A stretch of 64,000 nt of DNA from Histomonas meleagridis 2922-C6/04-290x (Eukaryota > Protista > Parabasalia). The notes below the pieces were generated by a model that did not search any database, was not told the DNA's origin, and saw nothing but the letters and a program-made list of their open reading frames with translations. The translations under genes were made by a program, and so were the position numbers. Shown here piece by piece: positions 44,775 to 54,885 of the stretch (its first letter is position 1; every line of letters starts with the position of its first letter). The DNA is taken from positions 1-64,000 of the forward strand of contig JAANOX010000171.1 in the NCBI GenBank assembly GCA_020184695.1. Reading direction: 5' to 3'.

Positions 44775-45226
44775 GCTGCTAAATGACCTGACAACAACCG
44801 CCCCAACGTGCTTTCAAAGTGAAAAAATTCAAAGTCAATTTTTGAACAATACATTCAAAAATACTGACTTTTTCAGTATAATTTTTTCAGAGAAAGTAGT
44901 CAAACAAGAAAAATCGGCTATCAAAAAGCCAGGTTTATAACGGGCGTAAAATCAAACGACCAAAATAAATCATCTTGGCTATCAATTTCATATTATCATA
45001 TTAAAAACTATCCTATATGAAATTTTATTCATGAGCCTTCACAAAAACAATAAATTTCTCTTAATAACTTTGATTTGCTTATTCGCAATATGAAGCCAAT
45101 TAAAGACATCAAGAAATATGGTAAAAATCGACTCATTATCAAATGTATTTTTTTTAGAAAGTAGTTAACCAAAAACATTTCAAGTTTCTCTAATAAAAAT
45201 ATTTATTTAAAACAATTGTTTGAGAA

Positions 45227-46390
45227 TTACTCTTCAAAAGGCAGCACTTTAATTTGATCTGGATACAAATAATCATCTGAAAAGTCATAATTTTCTTCGT
45301 TTACCAGCAAATCATCAGGTGTCAGTATGACTTCTTCACTTTCATTATCGTTTTCATCATCAGAAATTTCATCGAATTCGTCTTCTCTTTCATAATAAAC
45401 TTCATTAAACCGCATTAACTTATCTTCGGGAACACTTTCCATCATTCTAAAGCGAATTGAAGTTGCCCATTTGTAAATCGAATCTTTACATCTTGCGAAA
45501 ACGACAGGTTGCAAAGGATGGAACATTAAATGAAATATAGGCTGATTTAATCCATGAAAAACGTTTGTTATAATTCCCGTAAAAACGTTATAAGCAACAA
45601 ATGACTGTGGTGTATATATTCTTGATGCAAGTAAAACATGTTCATCATTTCGATCAAATGCTGCTGTCGAATATTTTATGTTATTAACTCTGTCTGAAAA
45701 CGTAAAACAAATTATACCAGTCTCTGTGTTTAAAAGTCGACCTGTTCCAGATTTATCTAGAATAATAAGAAACTTATCGTTGTGTGACAGACCGATAGAG
45801 GTTATCGTACGGCACTTTTCATCGGTGGGTTCGAACGATTGAATTTCATTGAAACCTTTTGGATTGAATACTTTGATGTTTAGGTATAATGTTGAAGAGA
45901 AGAAAAGAACTGATTTGTTTGTCCATGTTGCAGATGTAAAGTCCCCTGGAACTTGTACCAAACTTGAATTTTGCTGGTCATATAAATATAAAGAATTATT
46001 ATCAAGAAGAATTAATATTAAGGGTAATGCTTTAGGACTGTATTGAATATATGTTATTGGGTGATCAAACTTGTATTGATATACGATCGTTTTTGTGATG
46101 ATAGAATGTACGATAAAATCTCCATTTTTATCACCAGATGCAATAAATTGTGTATCTCTGGAAAATGAGAGAGAAGTTACCTCCTTAGAGTGTACCTTAA
46201 AATACCTCTTGTTGTCAAAAGATCTGGAATCACAAACAAGTATTTTCCCAGTATAATAACCAATCCCAAAAATATTCCCATGGAAGCTCAAACACGATGA
46301 TGTTACGCGCTTATTAAATTGGTGTACTATTTCTGCGGAGCGATCAGGAAGATCTGTGAACTTATCATCAAGGAGTGACTTGAGCGCCAT
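45227..46390 (-). CDS. RBBP5: WD40 protein, RBBP5/Swd1-like (COMPASS subunit)
   Basis: WD repeats followed by NEVYYEREDEFDE, similar to the RBBP5 NVEYEERESEFD segment. Likely start MALKSLL at 46390; upstream ATG at 46465. Confidence 0.7.
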   Translation of the reverse strand: MALKSLLDDKFTDLPDRSAEIVHQFNKRVTSSCLSFHGNIFGIGYYTGKILVCDSRSFDNKRYFKVHSKEVTSLSFSRDTQFIASGDKNGDFIVHSIITKTIVYQYKFDHPITYIQYSPKALPLILILLDNNSLYLYDQQNSSLVQVPGDFTSATWTNKSVLFFSSTLYLNIKVFNPKGFNEIQSFEPTDEKCRTITSIGLSHNDKFLIILDKSGTGRLLNTETGIICFTFSDRVNNIKYSTAAFDRNDEHVLLASRIYTPQSFVAYNVFTGIITNVFHGLNQPIFHLMFHPLQPVVFARCKDSIYKWATSIRFRMMESVPEDKLMRFNEVYYEREDEFDEISDDENDNESEEVILTPDDLLVNEENYDFSDDYLYPDQIKVLPFEE

Positions 46391-47180
46391 TATTTCATAT
46401 AGTATGTCCGCAAAAGTGTCATGAGAGCGTTTAGGATGTAAACATTTCAAAATCTGCAAAATCATTTTTATGAATCATTGGTAACTGATTATTAGTGAGA
46501 ATAGCAATATAAAAATGATCATATTTGATTAGATAATAATGTGAATATGTTCAATGCATAATATAAGCATTTTTTTGTTTGTAAGCGCAGAACGTTCTTT
46601 AACCACCAACAACGCTGTTTCTGACCATATTCAATTTATGCTTTTTGAGAACTTAAAATGCGATCATTCCATTCAATTTGAATGATAATGGAATAACCGT
46701 TAAATCGTGTGGCAAAAATTATTGGTAAAAGTTCATTTGATACATCATTAAAATCATGTCAAGCCTTAAATTTTTTAGATTTTTTTATATATATTAATTA
46801 GTGGTCGAATTGTTATTTGAACGTATCTATAAATACTTTAATTTTCCACTAAATTATAAGCAATTTTTAATCTATACCCAACTTTAACTCATTTGAAACA
46901 TGCTCCATCGTATATCACTTTTTGATGTTATTGAGAAGGTAAATGATTTCCTCTTCATACACAAAATATTATATGAATATTCACAATTTCATGATTTGAC
47001 TGAGTTTTAACACGGCTGTTTTATTGTTTTCAATCATCCACAATTGAATACCAACGCCTCCTTTTCTTTGAAAACCTTCTTTTTTTCTGTGGTTTACATT
47101 ACAACAAACTTTATTGAGCCATTCACCAATTCAAACTTTGAGCCGAAAAAAACGTTAAATCTTAAAATCCCAAACTGTAT

Positions 47181-48377
47181 ATGTCCAACGATTCCATCCC
47201 GAAAGCCATTCGGCAATACCAAATGCAAGAAATATTGGGAAAGGGCTCGTTTTCGGTCGTTTGCAAAGTTCTAAACGTCTTAAATCAGAAACAATATGCT
47301 TGCAAGATATTTTCAAGAGATAGAATTACAGAGAAAAGTGATCTAGACAGATTCCAGCGTGAGATTAATGCAATGGCATTCATTCGTCATGAAAACATAG
47401 TTACATTACATGATTTTTTCTGGGACGACCACAATTTTTATTTAATTATGGATCTTTGTCCTGGCGGCGAACTTTATCAATATATGGTCACCCACGGAAA
47501 ATTTTCTGAACCTGATGCAGCTCTTATATTCCGACAATTTGCATCTGCCATTGCATGTTGTCATGCATATGGAGTTGCACACAGAGATCTCAAACCAGAG
47601 AACATCCTTATCGATGTCTTTCCACGGGTTAAAGTGAGTGACTTTGGTTTATGCGGCTATATAGCCAAAGAAATCAATATGCAAACCTTTTGTGGTTCAC
47701 CATGTTATTGTAGTCCTGAGTGTCTTTGTAAAGTTTCATATGATGGCCGACTCGCAGATGTGTGGAGTCTTGGTGTCATTTTATATACAATGGTTACTGG
47801 AAATAATCCATGGAACATATCAAACACATCGATTATGATCCATCAGATCCTTAAAGGTTCATATACTATCCCTCGTTACGTCTCAGAGCAGTGCTCAAAC
47901 CTCATCAAAATGATGCTGCAGGTTAACCCCCAAAACCGTTTTACGATGGCGCAAGTTTTGGAGCACCCCTGGATCCGACTTGGTGATCAATCAGAATATG
48001 CAGCCCAGGAGCATCCACCCGAATCTCCTGGTAGTAGTGAATGTTGCACTGAACCAATTCCACTTTCAATTATCTCACAGCTTTCGAAGAAACAAAGTCA
48101 AGTTTCACATGACGGAATATTTTCACCATTTGAAGATGAAGGAATTGGAAACAATGAAATACCAAAGTTGGCAGTACCGAAGTTATGCTTAAAGGATGGG
48201 ACACTTGGGAAAGTTCGATCGGAAAATATGCAAAGAAGAGTTGTCATACAAAACCCAAAAAAAAGAAGCACAAGAAGTACACAGTCAAGACAAAACGTTG
48301 TGCAATTGCTGATGCCAAAGGGATATGTGGCGCCAAGGAAAAATAGTTTGCCAAAAATATTACATACGTTCGCATAG
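47181..48377 (+). CDS. CAMK-group Ser/Thr protein kinase
   Basis: GKGSFS, ACK, HRDLKPEN, DFG, GSPCYCSPE and DVWSLG. Confidence 0.92.
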   Translation: MSNDSIPKAIRQYQMQEILGKGSFSVVCKVLNVLNQKQYACKIFSRDRITEKSDLDRFQREINAMAFIRHENIVTLHDFFWDDHNFYLIMDLCPGGELYQYMVTHGKFSEPDAALIFRQFASAIACCHAYGVAHRDLKPENILIDVFPRVKVSDFGLCGYIAKEINMQTFCGSPCYCSPECLCKVSYDGRLADVWSLGVILYTMVTGNNPWNISNTSIMIHQILKGSYTIPRYVSEQCSNLIKMMLQVNPQNRFTMAQVLEHPWIRLGDQSEYAAQEHPPESPGSSECCTEPIPLSIISQLSKKQSQVSHDGIFSPFEDEGIGNNEIPKLAVPKLCLKDGTLGKVRSENMQRRVVIQNPKKRSTRSTQSRQNVVQLLMPKGYVAPRKNSLPKILHTFA

Positions 48378-48457
48378 AATTAGAAATTTTTGTTTTGTAA
48401 ATAAACGTAGAATGAAACGGAAATTGAACTCACTTGTGATCGATGTTTTATATGGAA

Positions 48458-48903
48458 GATAAACATAAAATGTGAATGATCACCAATTTGGATAAACATA
48501 AAATGTGAATGATCACCAATTTGGATAAACATAAAATGTGAATGATCACCAATTTGGATAAACATAAAATGTGAATGATCACCAATTTGGATAAACATAA
48601 AATGTGAATGATCACCAATTTGGATAAACATAAAATGTGATTGATCACCATTTGGATAAACATAAAATGTGAATGATCACCAATTTGGATAAACATAAAA
48701 TGTGAATGATCACCAATTTGGATAAACATTAAATGTGATTGATCACCATTTGGATAAACATAAAATGTGAATGATCACCAATTTGGATAAACATAAAATG
48801 TGAATGATCACCAATTTGGATAAACATAAAATGTGAATGATCACCAATTTGGATAAACATAAAAATGTGATTGATCACCAATTTGGATAAACATAAAATG
48901 TGA
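48458..48903. repeat. Minisatellite of a 33-nt unit, 13 full copies plus a partial
   Basis: GATAAACATAAAATGTGAATGATCACCAATTTG. Unit starts at 48458, 48491 ... 48886, with spacing 32-34. Confidence 0.97.
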
Positions 48904-49333
48904 TCTAATTGTGTCGATAGTATATTATATGTTGATTGTTTGTGGAAATGCTGCTCGCTTTCACATATATGGATATACAGAATAGAAAAAGCATGTCAAA
49001 TTTTATGTTAATGATGAATCATTGAAAATAAATTACTTAATAATAGAGTTTTTGGTGAATAGGTAACAAATTCATGATGAATGTTAAAATCTTTTTGATA
49101 AATCAAAAAGACATTTTAAAATGCTATTGTTTTGCCAAGTAAAAAAATTCATTATGTAATTTTTGTAAACAAAATTTTTTACTCATTAAATATCATTAAA
49201 AAAAAGAAAAAATAATGATACAATTTTAAATGGGCAGATATTGTTGTATTGGTTCTCTTATTTATTTATTTTCACATGAATTTTTTTAAACTTTAAAAAT
49301 ATTTTCATGTATAAAATTTGTTCAATCGAAGAT

Positions 49334-50024
49334 TTATTGAATCACACAAATTTCTTTTTGTGGTTTAGTATCACTAACATTAGTACTATTAAACATTAGG
49401 TTGGTAAGAATTTCGTAGCCTTTGTTGAATATGCTATCAATGGTGTCGGGATTTGTGGCTGTGCATTCCATATAATCAATTGCGCCAATTTTTTCCGCTA
49501 AAGCCCTTCCTTGTTCTTGAGTAATTGGCTTCTGTCCATTTCCTGCAAGTTCATTAAGGGTATGTTCATCTTTGCGAAGATCTGTTTTGGTACCAACAAG
49601 GATAATTATTGGATTATTATCCTCCTCTATAAGTTCAGGAAACCAAATATTTTCTACATTTGCAAAAGAAGTTTGGTCAACAACACTAAAACAAATGAAG
49701 CGAACTGTATTTGATTTAGATTCATATATATGATAAGCATATTTTCGGCAATTGTCGCAACCACAAATTTCTCCTATAAAAATCGATACAACATTGTTAT
49801 CGAGCGATACATTTTCCGCCATGTTATTACCAAGAAAAATGGTTTCGGGAACTGAACTCAAATCGCGGGTTACTCTTGGTTGATCAAAATGTATGTGACA
49901 AAGTGTAGTCTTCCCGATTGACTTATCACCTATAAAATAAAATCCTGCTGTTTTCGTTTGGTTAGCTTCGATCGAGTGGAAAAAATTTATTGAAACAATT
50001 TTGTGAGAAATAAACCGTCGTCAT
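49334..50024 (-). CDS. Highly divergent Rho/Rac-like small GTPase with CaaX (CVIQ); 5' end frameshifted
   Basis: GDKSIGKT, CFSVVDQTSFANVENIWFPEL, LVGTKTDLR and YMECTA. The frame is open to about 50020; the nearest ATG (50024) is one base out of frame. Confidence 0.75.
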
Positions 50025-50174
50025 AAATTAATTTTCTGTTGTATCCAATTTTGGTTAATTGCCGGTTTCAAAATCTCTTGTCAATATAACAACGATCATT
50101 TTTCATATCACAATTCCTTCAGGAATACAAAAGTGCTACTTTTTAAAAACAAACATCTAATCGTTTTGACTAAG

Positions 50175-50375
50175 TTTGTTGCCATACTTGCGAGCTATCG
50201 GTCTATATTTGAATGAAGCCGATCATCCTCAGTACATGTACTGTGATATGGCAACGATAGCCCACAAATATGGCAACAAACCCAGTGAAATATATTTCAG
50301 AACACATTCAAATATGGCAACAGACTTAGTGAAATATATTTCAATGTCTATTCAAATATGGCAACAAACTTAGTC
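50175..50375. repeat. Cluster of ATATGGCAAC motifs (22/44-nt spacing) with one inverted copy
   Basis: Cores at 50246, 50268, 50312 and 50356. Inverted GTTTGTTGCCATA near 50175. Palindrome GAAATATATTTC occurs twice. Confidence 0.75.
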
Positions 50376-50698
50376 AAATATCAATATCCATTGGGGAACG
50401 ATGAATTTAATTTCATTACAAATTATAAAAAATATAAATAATCATTGCGGTGGCAGAAAAGGCTTTCAAAAATCAAATGAAACATGAATTTAATAATGTA
50501 TTCACTTATGCAAAAAAGTCACTTTTGTATGAAAACGACTTTTTGTGATTACGATAATAACCGCTCCGATAGGTTTTTTTAGTCACTTTTTAAAAAAATG
50601 TGTTGCCATTTTTTGCATAAGTGCTTGCCACATTTTCTGAATTTCAGGTGGCAATGAAAGAGTTTACTTTAAGGAAATACATTAATTATATGAAATAT

Positions 50699-51448
50699 TT
50701 AATGAAGTCCATTTATAAACTTGGTGACTTTTTCGAGTGCAAACACGCCAACAACAAAGCATGCACAATTGATTGCGAGCTTCTTAATGTTAGCTTTAAC
50801 TTGGTCTTCGCCAGCTTCTTCAACAAGTTTCTTGTACCAACTCTTTGCCTTTTCTTTTGGGGTTTGTGTTTCATTCACTTGATTTGTGCGATTTACTCGA
50901 TTTGCAGTAAGGTTATTAAATGTCTCTATGGTAGGCTCGTTGTCAGCTGGTCTTTCGTAGTAATCAGTTGGTGGTTGTTGGTATGTATTAATTTCTCCTT
51001 CATCAAAAATTTCTTGTATTTCTTCTTCGCTTTCCTTTTCTATTTCTTCCTCAGCTTCATCTTCGTTGTCTAGCTTTTCTTCGTGTTTATCTTCAAGATT
51101 TATTTGTGTTTCATCTTTAACTTCTTCCTTGATTTTATCTTTTTCATCTAGACTTTCTTCATGTGTGTCGAGATTTGTTTGAGTTTCTTCTTTATTTTCT
51201 TCAACAATTTCTTCTTTGTTTTCTTTGCACTTATCTGCAGTATCTTTTTGTACTTCACCATTATCCAACTTTTCTACACTATTGTCTTCGTTGTCAGAAC
51301 TCGAAGAATCAGAAGAATGTTTTGAACTATCAGATTCAGATGATTCACCAGAACTTTTACTTTTTTCCTCTTCATTTGTCTTTTCCGTAACTAAGTTTTC
51401 TTGTTCATCTGACTTTGTTTGGTCGTTTATTACTTCTTGTTCGCTCAT
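50699..51448 (-). CDS. Acidic low-complexity protein with a C-terminal hydrophobic segment (possible tail anchor)
   Basis: E/D/S-rich 249-aa ORF ending LAINCACFVVGVFALEKVTKFINGLH. Confidence 0.7.
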   Translation of the reverse strand: MSEQEVINDQTKSDEQENLVTEKTNEEEKSKSSGESSESDSSKHSSDSSSSDNEDNSVEKLDNGEVQKDTADKCKENKEEIVEENKEETQTNLDTHEESLDEKDKIKEEVKDETQINLEDKHEEKLDNEDEAEEEIEKESEEEIQEIFDEGEINTYQQPPTDYYERPADNEPTIETFNNLTANRVNRTNQVNETQTPKEKAKSWYKKLVEEAGEDQVKANIKKLAINCACFVVGVFALEKVTKFINGLH

Positions 51449-51507
51449 TTAATTGGTCCAACAAGGCAAAAACCGTTTAAATCCAAAAAAAAATCGAAAA
51501 CAACTTT

Positions 51508-53949
51508 TTATGAAGAAAACATTTCTCTTGCGTTTTCCCTTATTAACGGGAATAACTTTGATTCATTAGCCCTTAATACTACCTGAATATTATTACCATT
51601 TTGTCTTAAAGTAGCAAAATATGCACTATTTGGCAAAGGTAAATTAAACACCACACATAAAATTCCGTTTTTATCTTCTGCAATTCTAATATTTATATTT
51701 TCTAAATAAGATTTATCTGCAATTTTTGCGTCATTAATTTGGAATTTATCTTCATTCCTTAACTTATCCCATTCCATATGGAAATAATCTTCATTAAACC
51801 ATAAATAATCAACATGTGAAATCAAACAGACTAAGTCAAATGGCGCATCAAACATTTTGATGCCATTTGATGTCTTAAGTGCAATTTGTATTTTTGTGTT
51901 ATCAACATTACCAACGAAGTCTTCCTGGAACTTTACTGGTAATGATATCTCGAATGATTCACCGAATTCTAATTGTTGAGGGAAGGAAGGTAATTTATCG
52001 AGATTACAACCCATGATATTTTTATTAAACGCTATAGCGAAGTCGCCTATATTTTGTAATGATTTATTTATAACTCTTAAACAAAAATTGAAACTTGTCC
52101 AACCAGAAAACACGTCAATAACATCATCAGAGTATACTCTATTCCATTGATTATCTTTAACATCTTCGACATTATTAATATTATCATCTTCAGGAGTATA
52201 TAATTGATTTTTAACAAAATCTTCAGGTACAATATGTAAAACCCCTGAAACTTTACCTGTATTTTTTAATATTATATCCAACACTTTATTATCCGAAATT
52301 TTTTCATTATTAACAATTTCTTCTTTCTTAAAAACGATTATATCTTTTGCTATATTTATATCCATAGTTAATAATCTCCAATAAATCAAAGCTCTATTTC
52401 TTACGTCGGGTAATATATAAGGTTTTATTGCCTCGTTTAATACAAATTGTAATTGATCTTTAATAATATTTTGATTTTCGATATACATTTTAACAATTGC
52501 TGATAACAATTGAATTTGTACATCAATATTTTCATCTTTAAAAGTATCCAAAAAAGGATCAATTAATACGTCAACTTTCTCTATCATATAATTATATTCC
52601 CCTAATATCCATATCAAACAAGATTTAGCTTCCGGGTCTTTAATTATTTCGATGTTATTACAAACTTTCGCTATAATTGATTCGAATTCTCCTGGATAAT
52701 TACGTAACAAATTACTTATAACAACAATCGATTGCTCAATTGCATAATCAGCTTTGTTATCAACAAGTTTCATTAATATGTCAATGCATTTACGTGAACT
52801 CGCAGGAATTTTAATTGCGATTTTCCCAATGATTCGAATTGTCTTCTTTACAAACTGTACATCAACTGAATTACAATACTCTTCAAGTTCTTCTAGTATT
52901 AACCCAACATTACGTGCTGTACATATTATTAATATAATTTCTAATTTCTCCATGCGAATAAATGATGGATCATTATATTTGCAAAAAAATGTCCGAACTT
53001 CATTCGCTAAAATATGCGGATATTTGGTTACAAATGTTGTTAATGTACGTAATACTACAAATTGTATCTCTACAGATTCACTACTAATTAATGTGATAAA
53101 CGGCGGAATGATTTGTTGGAATAATTCGTTGACGTTTCGTTTGCTGATCTCTAAATAACTATAAATACATCGAAACGAACCAATGACTACTGACGAATTC
53201 GAATGTTTCAGAAACGGAATTAATCGATCAATAAGAAAATTGGCTTCTTCACTTGTGGTCGGAACATATTTGGACATCGCGTCAAGAAGAAGCGCCGTCA
53301 TCCATTCGCTGCATTGTGTGGTGGCAGATATGATCGGAGATATCGTCTCTTCAGTAAACTGGAATATTGGAGTGCTCCGCTTCTCGTTGATCTCGAGGAG
53401 CGCCACACTTGTGTTTGCGACGACCATTGGGTTCTCGTCGTATAACAATTTTTGTAATAGTGATAACAGCTCTGAATTCTCAACGGATTCGGGAATGACG
53501 TCGTACAGCTTGGCGACGGCAATGGCCGCGGTCTTGCGTACATACGCGTTTTTGTCCTCGAGACATTTCTTTAACGGAATTATCATATACTCCGCAACGG
53601 AATCGACTTTGATGCGACACATGGAACGGACTGCTAACGCGCGGATTATCGGGTTGTTGTCCTCGGAGTCTTTGATGAATGTATTCACAACCATAATCGA
53701 CTGCTCTGGTTCACTCCCGGAATACGTGACTAAGTATAAGTACACAAGCTTCTTGAGCTGGATGTCATCCGTTTGCACACACCGAAGCATCGATGAAAAC
53801 AAACAACTGACATTTTCGCCGCTGCGCATTAGATTCACAACTCGGCGCGCTGCGTTCTTCCGCGATGTTGGATCATTAGAGTCGAGGTTGTCACGGAGAG
53901 TGATGATTTCGCCTTTGGCTTTGCCCTCAAAATACTTTGATGATTTCAT
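51508..53949 (-). CDS. AP1B1: AP-1/AP-2 complex beta-adaptin
   Basis: LKKLVYLYL, SIMVVNTFIKD, NPIIRALAVRSMCRI, AYVRKTAAIAVAKL, KYNDP.FIRMEKL and PDVRNRALIYWRLL, plus an appendage region. ATG at 53949. Confidence 0.9.
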   Translation of the reverse strand: MKSSKYFEGKAKGEIITLRDNLDSNDPTSRKNAARRVVNLMRSGENVSCLFSSMLRCVQTDDIQLKKLVYLYLVTYSGSEPEQSIMVVNTFIKDSEDNNPIIRALAVRSMCRIKVDSVAEYMIIPLKKCLEDKNAYVRKTAAIAVAKLYDVIPESVENSELLSLLQKLLYDENPMVVANTSVALLEINEKRSTPIFQFTEETISPIISATTQCSEWMTALLLDAMSKYVPTTSEEANFLIDRLIPFLKHSNSSVVIGSFRCIYSYLEISKRNVNELFQQIIPPFITLISSESVEIQFVVLRTLTTFVTKYPHILANEVRTFFCKYNDPSFIRMEKLEIILIICTARNVGLILEELEEYCNSVDVQFVKKTIRIIGKIAIKIPASSRKCIDILMKLVDNKADYAIEQSIVVISNLLRNYPGEFESIIAKVCNNIEIIKDPEAKSCLIWILGEYNYMIEKVDVLIDPFLDTFKDENIDVQIQLLSAIVKMYIENQNIIKDQLQFVLNEAIKPYILPDVRNRALIYWRLLTMDINIAKDIIVFKKEEIVNNEKISDNKVLDIILKNTGKVSGVLHIVPEDFVKNQLYTPEDDNINNVEDVKDNQWNRVYSDDVIDVFSGWTSFNFCLRVINKSLQNIGDFAIAFNKNIMGCNLDKLPSFPQQLEFGESFEISLPVKFQEDFVGNVDNTKIQIALKTSNGIKMFDAPFDLVCLISHVDYLWFNEDYFHMEWDKLRNEDKFQINDAKIADKSYLENINIRIAEDKNGILCVVFNLPLPNSAYFATLRQNGNNIQVVLRANESKLFPLIRENAREMFSS

Positions 53950-54329
53950 TTCTAGCAACCGCTGGAAATTACCAAAAATTGCCCTTTGGAATGTACGTTA
54001 AGAGTGTGTAGACTGAAACCGCTCACTTCATATTTTGATGAAAAACTTTTTCCTTATTCGAAAATTTTCTACGCAATAGACAACACACAATATATTTAGT
54101 AACTTTTAATTATTTTGTATCTCAACGAATTTATTTTGAAATTTCTTTTTGTATGTGAAACAAAATGAAGCACATTATTGTGAATGTTATTTAATTTCTT
54201 CCAAACATTAATTTCCTATGAAAAGCTTTATAGAATTCGATAAATTCCATAAGTGAATATACACTGTTATGTTGACACAAGCACTCTTTTATTCATAGAA
54301 ACAGCTAACACTGTAATTCGAGAATATCT

Positions 54330-54535
54330 CCAAAAAGGCTACGGATTTTGCTGATGCAAAACTCAAAGTAACCTTCAATACATAAGAAAATGAAATCAAA
54401 AATTTAATCAATGGAAATGTATATATTCATGTTGATAAATAAAATATAGGAGCTACAGAACATTTATTCATAAAAGAGGAACCAACAAACACGTTCTCTC
54501 AGTCGAATACATATAGTCAATCCAATCCTTATTAA
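54330..54535 (+). pseudogene. Possible surface-protein stalk relic
   Basis: Stop-interrupted frame ending EEPTNTFSQSNTYSQSNPY, the same FSxSN repeat type as at 11.3 kb. Confidence 0.3.
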
Positions 54536-54885
54536 CTTTATTAATTTGAAAAATCTAATGTTGATCTGATTTCAAGATCTAAGGATTTTGTTAGAAATTA
54601 TTTAAATATGGATATGTGTTCTTTATAAAATTTATAATGTTGAAAATTGTTATTTCAACGGAGATATGTACAAAATATATAATGCTGTGAGTTATAACTT
54701 TATAATCTTTTATTCATAATCAATGAATATATTTTCATATCTGATATTGGTTCTTCTAGAAAATATAACAAAAAAATTCTGCTTTCAAAAATATGAAATT
54801 TTTCATTTTCCTTATGCAATTCATCATTAAAATTTCGATAAAATAAATATTTAATAATACAAACAAATTTTTATTCTATAAAAAA

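Noticed and set aside
48458-48903. CRISPR array, or a repeat protein (MFIQIGDHSHF)n
   Set aside because: There are no unique spacers or cas genes and the context is eukaryotic. The ORFs are by-products of a 33-nt unit and break at the 32- and 34-nt copies.
53183-54001. 272-aa antisense ORF over beta-adaptin, and other short antisense ORFs
   Set aside because: They are shadows of GC-richer coding strands and show no recognisable motifs.
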